A DNA stretch of 64,000 nt, taken from assembly GCF_036321535.1 (NCBI RefSeq), contig NC_087437.1, positions 44,704,001 through 44,768,000 on the forward strand, written 5' to 3'. Shown piece by piece: positions 57,951 through 64,000 of this stretch. The position numbers and the translations under genes were made by a program. Numbering within the stretch: the stretch's first letter is position 1; every line of letters starts with the position of its first letter. Origin of the DNA: Camelus dromedarius (Eukaryota). The notes below the pieces were generated by a model, which saw only the letters and a program-made list of their open reading frames with translations, was not told the DNA's origin and searched no databases.

Positions 57951-60900
57951 GTCCTGTAACTGAAGTTACAAAATAACAGTGGAATGAAAAGACAGTGACT
58001 TAATTTTATTATAATATGTAGAATATGGTACTTTCATTTTGAATGGTATACTTTTCTTGCTGTTAGAGTAAGTAACCACCTTAGATTTCTCATGTATGTA
58101 GAATGATTATGTATGCAGGCAAAAGCAGAGTGTGGGATAAATAAAATTAATTGTTAAACAGATTTTTAAATACTTTAGAAACCTGTCATTGCGTCTTGGT
58201 ATTGCTATTCAATTAATGCAAATGCTGACTTAATCTCTTTATATTTCACTTACATAATAATTTGCTGTGAGGTTTTGCCTTTTAGCTTACAAGTATACTC
58301 TGCAGCTTGAAGACTGAGATGCTAATTTCATCTCAGGTCTTCAACAGATGAGGAGTAGGAAATTAAACAAGTGACATAACTGTGGTCTTTGCCTGAACTT
58401 GTTTAATTGAGAAACTGGAACAAAAATGTTCCACACTTAGTGTTACTAGAAAAATTTGAACTCCTTGGATGAAATACTCTGTTTGAATTTACTCAGCCTT
58501 GTAAATACATTTTAAAAAGTGATTGACCTGCACAAATTTGTTACCAACCTTCTCTTTCCCATGATGGCTATCTTCTAGAGAAATGAAGGAAATAACTTCT
58601 CTTTCCACTTCCCTCTCAGATATTCGTGCTTAACAGAGGCTGAGTAGACCAGCATCTGTTACCTGGGGTGGAGCTATTACCGTCCAATGAAGTGCTGTGT
58701 GGGAAACAATTACATGAAATCAGAATGCAGATTTAGGATCACTTAAGGTCTGCAAATTTGGCCTAGATTTTAAAGTAATGAATAATGAAAAGATTTAGAG
58801 AATAGAGTTCCTGTGCCAGGAATGTTCTCCTCTTAAGGAAAGTCCCAAGGTGAAATGACTTGGGAAAGAGAAATCCAATATAAAAATTGGGTTATTTTTT
58901 AAATTTTACTCAGAAACTAGTTAGGAAAAAAAGAACAAAATAAACACAGGCTTGAGGGTACTGTGGTTCCACCCCTGACCGCTGGTTAAGTCACAGGAGA
59001 GTAGGTGGTAGAAAATGAGGTGGCCAGAGAAATGAAGAGAGAGAGACGGACAGAGGAAGGAAGAGAAGACAGAGAGAGAGAGAGACCGAGAGGAGATGTG
59101 CTGTGGGCTGGCTAGATAGGTCCTCCCCAAGAGTTATAGGGAAACCCAGTAGGCCAGGAACAGGCCCCAGGAAGGCTCCTCAGGGAACTCTGTGTCCCCC
59201 CTGGCCCTCCAATCTTGGATTGGCTTTCTTGAAGGTTTTACCCTTGATTTGGGCTTAACTCTGACGTGAGGTTCAATAGCCAAGTGCTCCCAGCTACGGG
59301 GCCCAGCTCTAACTCAGGCCACGTGACCCTACCGTTTGTATTCTGTCCTCCCTCTGTAAATAGTCCCGGTTAGCACCACAGATGTGGTGTAATAGATCTT
59401 ACCTTTCACTGTGTAATTTTAAACAATTCTAGGTAGTGCTCACCTGGTCGTGATCTTAGTTTACAAAGGAGTTTGTATATGATGGAGGTGGCAATACAGA
59501 CCTTCCCATTAGTCAGGTGAAGTAAAGCAAACCAGAGCAGAGGGAAGAATGCAGAAGAGTTTTAGGGCATGTGATTCTGAAGGCTGAATATTAATTACCC
59601 TTTTGATTTGCCTGAAAGATGCAAAACATAAAAGTAATGATGCAGCTGGAAGAAATCACAGAAATGTAATGCACAGAAAATATTAAAGTGCAGTGGAATT
59701 AGCCACGGCAAGAACAGGGAGACTGGAAGAGAATCTCTGCTGGCTTGGGAAAGAATGCCTGGGGCCAGTGAAAGACTGAGGTCGAACAAGAATCTTGCTT
59801 TCTGTAACTATTATAACAAACAGAATGTGAGGATTGGTTGGAGTGAGACATTTCTGCCATCTTAGGAACTTGCATGTATGGGAAATAAATACTTTTTGTC
59901 AGAGGGAAGCAATCATGTAACAATGGTGACTGAGTAAAAGTGGCATCAAAATTTAAAGCCACAATTATTTTTAAAAACTTCATTAAAATTTTTTTTACAG
60001 ACAACATGTTGAAAAATTTAGAACGTCAGTTTTTGATCCATGCCATTCTTCTGTCGAGAAAAAATTTCTAAGGAGCATGGCTGATATTTAGAATGGATAT
60101 AAAAATTATGTATACAAAATAAAATTAAACCAAAGCTATATATTCATTGATGTTGACTAGGATACATATGCAGTCGCTAAAATAAATAGATGTTCCTGCA
60201 GTAAAGGAAAAGTAGACCACTTTAAAATAATTTTTAATTTTATTGGCTGAGCATCTGAGAAGAGACTAGATTCCATCAAAACCTCATTAATTATAAGAGT
60301 GCAAAAACCTCAGTTTCACAAATTTAAATGCTTCCTGCCACCATTCAGTACATGTGATTGAGTGAGGCGAGCTGAGTGTGAGACAGAGTGATGGGACGCT
60401 GGGGGACATCTTACCTTCCCAGGGCATTCAAATGCAATTAGGAGAAAAGTCTACTCCAGTTAAACAAGTATCTTCATTACCTGGCTCTCTCAGAAATACT
60501 TGGGACTTTTCTCACGATATCAAGTAGTTTCTTTGCTTTTCGTGATCTAGTACTTAGGGGTAGCTTGTCTTTGGGAAGAATCAAGACCCACCCTAAACTA
60601 TCCCAGCTGATATAAAACCTCCAGGAGTCTTTAGAGTCTTTGCCCCAGGAGTATATGAGGGAGTGAAAGAATATTAACTCTTTTCAGAAAATTAGGCTTT
60701 CAAAAGAAGAAAATTGGGGGGTGAAGGGGTCACCGTAAAAAGGTTTAGGTTGCTACTGGTTAGATTGTATGGTAGAACACTCTTTTTCCTTTCTTTTTCC
60801 GAAGTACTGAATTACCCAAGATATTTGTAAATGGCATTAAGCTTGAAACCTTCTCTAGTTTACAAACACTCACAGACTTTCCATCTTAATTGATTTTAAG

Positions 60901-61707
60901 TTTGTGGCAAATTTCTTTCTATTACGAGTTCAAAATATTGGATAAGTATTGAAATATTATTGTATGTTTGTAAGATCTAGCATTATAGTTGAAAGAAGCT
61001 AGAATCATTCACTTTCTAAGTATTAAAATGTGTCTTTCCAAATCTTCTGATACTTTGCGTTTAGAAGTGTTTCTGAAGTTGTATCATGACAAAGCAGCAT
61101 GGGGCAGGCTTGAAGGGTCGATATTTTGATTCAGTGGCAGACATGGATTGAGCACATAGTTGGTGCCTGTTGTCTCACTCCCCCCCGATTACTGCTGAGG
61201 GGACTGGCCTTCTTCCACATTTCACACTTAAGACCACAGCATCTCAGAAAGAGTCTAGCTTTTTGGAAATTTTATTGAAGAAGACATTTTTAATCAGTAT
61301 TAATTATAGAAATCTCTAGTTTACTGCTTTTTGATTTTTTAGTTGTGTTTTGTTTTATCTTTGTAAAGCTACTGTCATTTGTTTTGCATGCTAGAGAACT
61401 CTTAGTTTGAGGAATAATAGTCTATCATATTGTATTTTCCCAGAGGTTGCACTTGGCTTTGTGGTTCTCTCTGGCCCAGGGTATTTGGCATATACTCTTA
61501 AGACATAAGGGAATATGCTTTGTAGAAGAAATGGACAACATTTTTTCAGTGGTTTTCAAAAAAACATTTTAAGAATAGAATTAGATCCTACCAAGATGTT
61601 CTTTAAATTATGGGAAAACGTAAAAAAAAAACTAAATCTTTTAAAGAATTTAACAGTCTTTTATAATATTTCAAATTAGTCATTATAGTTTATAATAAAT
61701 CTATGAT

Positions 61708-62161
61708 TGTCAGTGAAAAATTAGTCACTCTAAGAAAGAAATGGGAAATTTTATTTGAGCTAAATTTGAGGATTATAACCTGGAAGAGCATCTCAGAAGC
61801 TCTGAGAACTGTGTCAGTGGTTAGAAATCAAGGCACAGTTTTATAAGTCTTCTGAGACAGAGCTGTACCTCAAATAATGTATTATTGACAGTTTACATAA
61901 TGCAGATCTAACCTTCATCCTGGTGGGTCATGCGACCCCTTACAAGATCAAGAAGGAATGTTGTCTTTTAAGGAGTTGTCCTGTTGATGCCAGGAGAATG
62001 CTGCTCTTTACGGTTGAGCGGGTATTTCTGCCGATGGGGGAGGTTTGGTCGATGAATAACGCAGATACACTGCACAGTTGAGGGGGAGGAGAGCAAAGGC
62101 AGAAGAAACTTTTGTTTAAATTTTTCTTGTCTTGTCATAAAATATGAATTTTTATTTCACA
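61708..62161 (-). mobile_element. Well-preserved ERV solo LTR (454 bp) with perfect 5-bp TSD ATGAT
   Basis: TG...CA ends. ATGAT at 61703-61707 and 62162-62166. Minus-strand TATAAAA (61839-61845) followed by AATAAA (61750-61755). Several CpGs retained. Confidence 0.85.
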
Positions 62162-62212
62162 ATGATAAAAATGCTTTTGAAGCAACATCAGGAAGCAAAT
62201 CTTAATATAGGG

Positions 62213-62398
62213 CAGTGCTAGTCCCACTTCAAAGAGAATCACCATCGTAGAGGAATGCTACTGCACAGATTCCTGGGCTCCATCCTCAAGGGTTCCCATT
62301 TGGGAGGACACGACTGGAGCCTAAGCATTTGTATTTCAAATATGTTCATGGGTGTCATCGATGCTGTTGATTTGTGGACCACATTTTGAGTAGCATTG
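62213..62398. mobile_element. MER5B-like hAT MITE
   Basis: cagtgcta...gaatcacc...cagattcctgggctccatcctca...ggaccacattttgagtagcattg. Confidence 0.7.
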
Positions 62399-62456
62399 AT
62401 TTAGGGATAACCTGAGAAGCAGAGTGTGTGCTGACAATTTAAATTATATTTTTCAG

Positions 62457-62603
62457 AAAAATAATTTCAACTGTTCCAGAAGAGGTCAGTGTCCAGAGAC
62501 CAACATAAGCTCTGTACAGATGCAAGATGACGCCAATTATTTCATCAACCATCTTGGAGTTCCCACTGTGAGGTTTGCTTATGAAGACATCAAAGCATTA
62601 GAG
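62457..62603 (+). CDS. NAALADL2: Internal coding exon of inactive N-acetylated-alpha-linked acidic dipeptidase-like protein 2 (147 nt, 49 codons, phase 0/0)
   Basis: Translates to KNNFNCSRRGQCPETNISSVQMQDDANYFINHLGVPTVRFAYEDIKALE, which I recognise as close to human NAALADL2 (KNNFNCTRRAQCPETNISSIQIQGDADYFINHLGVP..., from memory). Acceptor tatatttttcAG ends at 62456, branch-point-like CTGAC lies at 62431-62435, and donor GAG|GTAATT starts at 62604. Confidence 0.93.
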
Positions 62604-63455
62604 GTAATTGTTTTTAAAAATACAAGACACTCACACACTAAATAGCAGACACACAGAATTTTATTTTATCCTGGCTATTCGTCTTTTTTACCAAGTAGGT
62701 CACACTGTAAGAAGCTGCTACATTTAGAAAGTTAACTCTTGTTCAGAGGCTTTGTAAGGATATTTGAATGAAAACATCAGCTCTTTTCAGTAGTCGTGAA
62801 ATCAATTTAAAAAGATTTATACTGTCACTCACATTTTTGCAGCATGCTTCGCAACAAGAAATTTACAGTTGTTGGATTAACATCAAAACATAATTGTAAT
62901 CTTCAGTATTCACAGAAACAGATGACAGGTGCAATAGATCCTCGTCTCCTTGCCCAAGGGAAAAAGCATTTCCCATGCGGTGTATTAATGTGAGTCTTGT
63001 GGGTTAGCTACCGAAAGTTTGTCAGTAGTTCCCTTGCCTGAAAAGGTGCTACTTTTTTGTGAGGATACGAGGCTTTTTCCCAAAGAGTATCAGATAAGCC
63101 TGAGTCACCTTAATTAAGTGTGTTCATCCTTCTGTTGGACTTTAAGCCTTTTGTTCTTTCTCAGAATTATGTCACAGGAACTGTTTCTCTGTAGATCCGA
63201 ACTTTTTGCAATATTTTACCTTCTTTTACAAATTGTGCATGCATTATTGGGAGCTATTTAAAAGCTTCTGGGGTTGGCCTGCTTAAGGTAATCATTACTT
63301 TAACCATATTGTGGCTGGAAAAGAGAGTAAAGGCTGCTTTGTTTTTGAATTATAGATGTTCCTGAAAAGTTGTGTTGCAATTTTGTTTTTATAGGCTCGA
63401 TGTCACATATGCAGTCTCTTCATTTCTGATAGTTTTTTGCACTAGTTACCTCTGT

Positions 63456-63553
63456 GTTTCTCTGTAGCCCTCTACCCTCACCTCCTTCCTTACTTCCTCT
63501 GTAAGTTTCTCTGTAGCCCTCTACCCTCACCTCCTTCCTTACTTCCTCTGTAA
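63456..63553. repeat. Perfect tandem duplication, 2 x 49 bp
   Basis: GTTTCTCTGTAGCCCTCTACCCTCACCTCCTTCCTTACTTCCTCTGTAA at 63456-63504 and 63505-63553. Confidence 0.97.
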
Positions 63554-64000
63554 GCAGCTAACGATCAATAACAATTCATGGAGGGAGAAACTCTGGGTGA
63601 CTTCTGTTATAATGAGATGAATTTTTGGGTTATGGAAATACACTCATTATGATGCATCTGTTTTTTAAAATTGGATTTCCACATGCTCTTGATGTTGAAG
63701 AATGTGGTCCATGTGTAGAGGTATCTTCTCTTACCAAGCCCATAGATACACTGATGAAATTGATATATTAAGAAATGAACTCATTTTTAATTCTCCTGTT
63801 TGATGCCTTGTAACATCTTTTTATCATCCCCTGCCGCATTTGAGCCCTTTCAGCTCCTGTCATGTAACATGTTGAATGATAGCTTTTATTCAATACATGT
63901 CTAGTTCATTTTGGTTGAGTTTGAAACAAGAATTTAGAGACGACATAGGAATGGGACTATACTTGACTTTGGGCTCATACTTACTAGACAGATGATTTAA

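Noticed and set aside
62424..62645. 73-aa ORF as a standalone gene
   Set aside because: Only 62457-62603 is exonic; the flanks are intron.

Overview
AT-rich, CpG-poor mammalian genomic DNA, not prokaryotic. It is probably camelid or another non-ruminant cetartiodactyl: this is inferred from two L1 3' fragments and a Tigger2a_Art-like MITE, and from my seeing no Alu, Bov-A/tA, PRE1 or Can-SINE copies. Almost the whole window is intronic sequence of NAALADL2 (+ strand). One 147-nt coding exon is visible at 62457-62603. The upstream intron carries a complete, disabled HNRNPDL processed pseudogene (- strand, about 22985-24264) with poly(A) tail and target-site duplication (TSD). The rest is a typical mix of MIR, L2, L1M, MaLR/ERV solo LTRs, hAT and Tc1/mariner MITEs, and microsatellites. 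Nearly all ORFs in the track are spurious. I found no convincing new biological system. The best leads are the isoform and start-site record in the retrocopy, an unassigned 49-bp inverted-repeat pair at 44051-44909, a well-preserved antisense solo LTR near the exon, a 49-bp duplication creating a possible in-frame microexon, and patches of AT-to-GC bias. Repeat family names come from remembered consensus sequences, and boundaries without a TSD are approximate.
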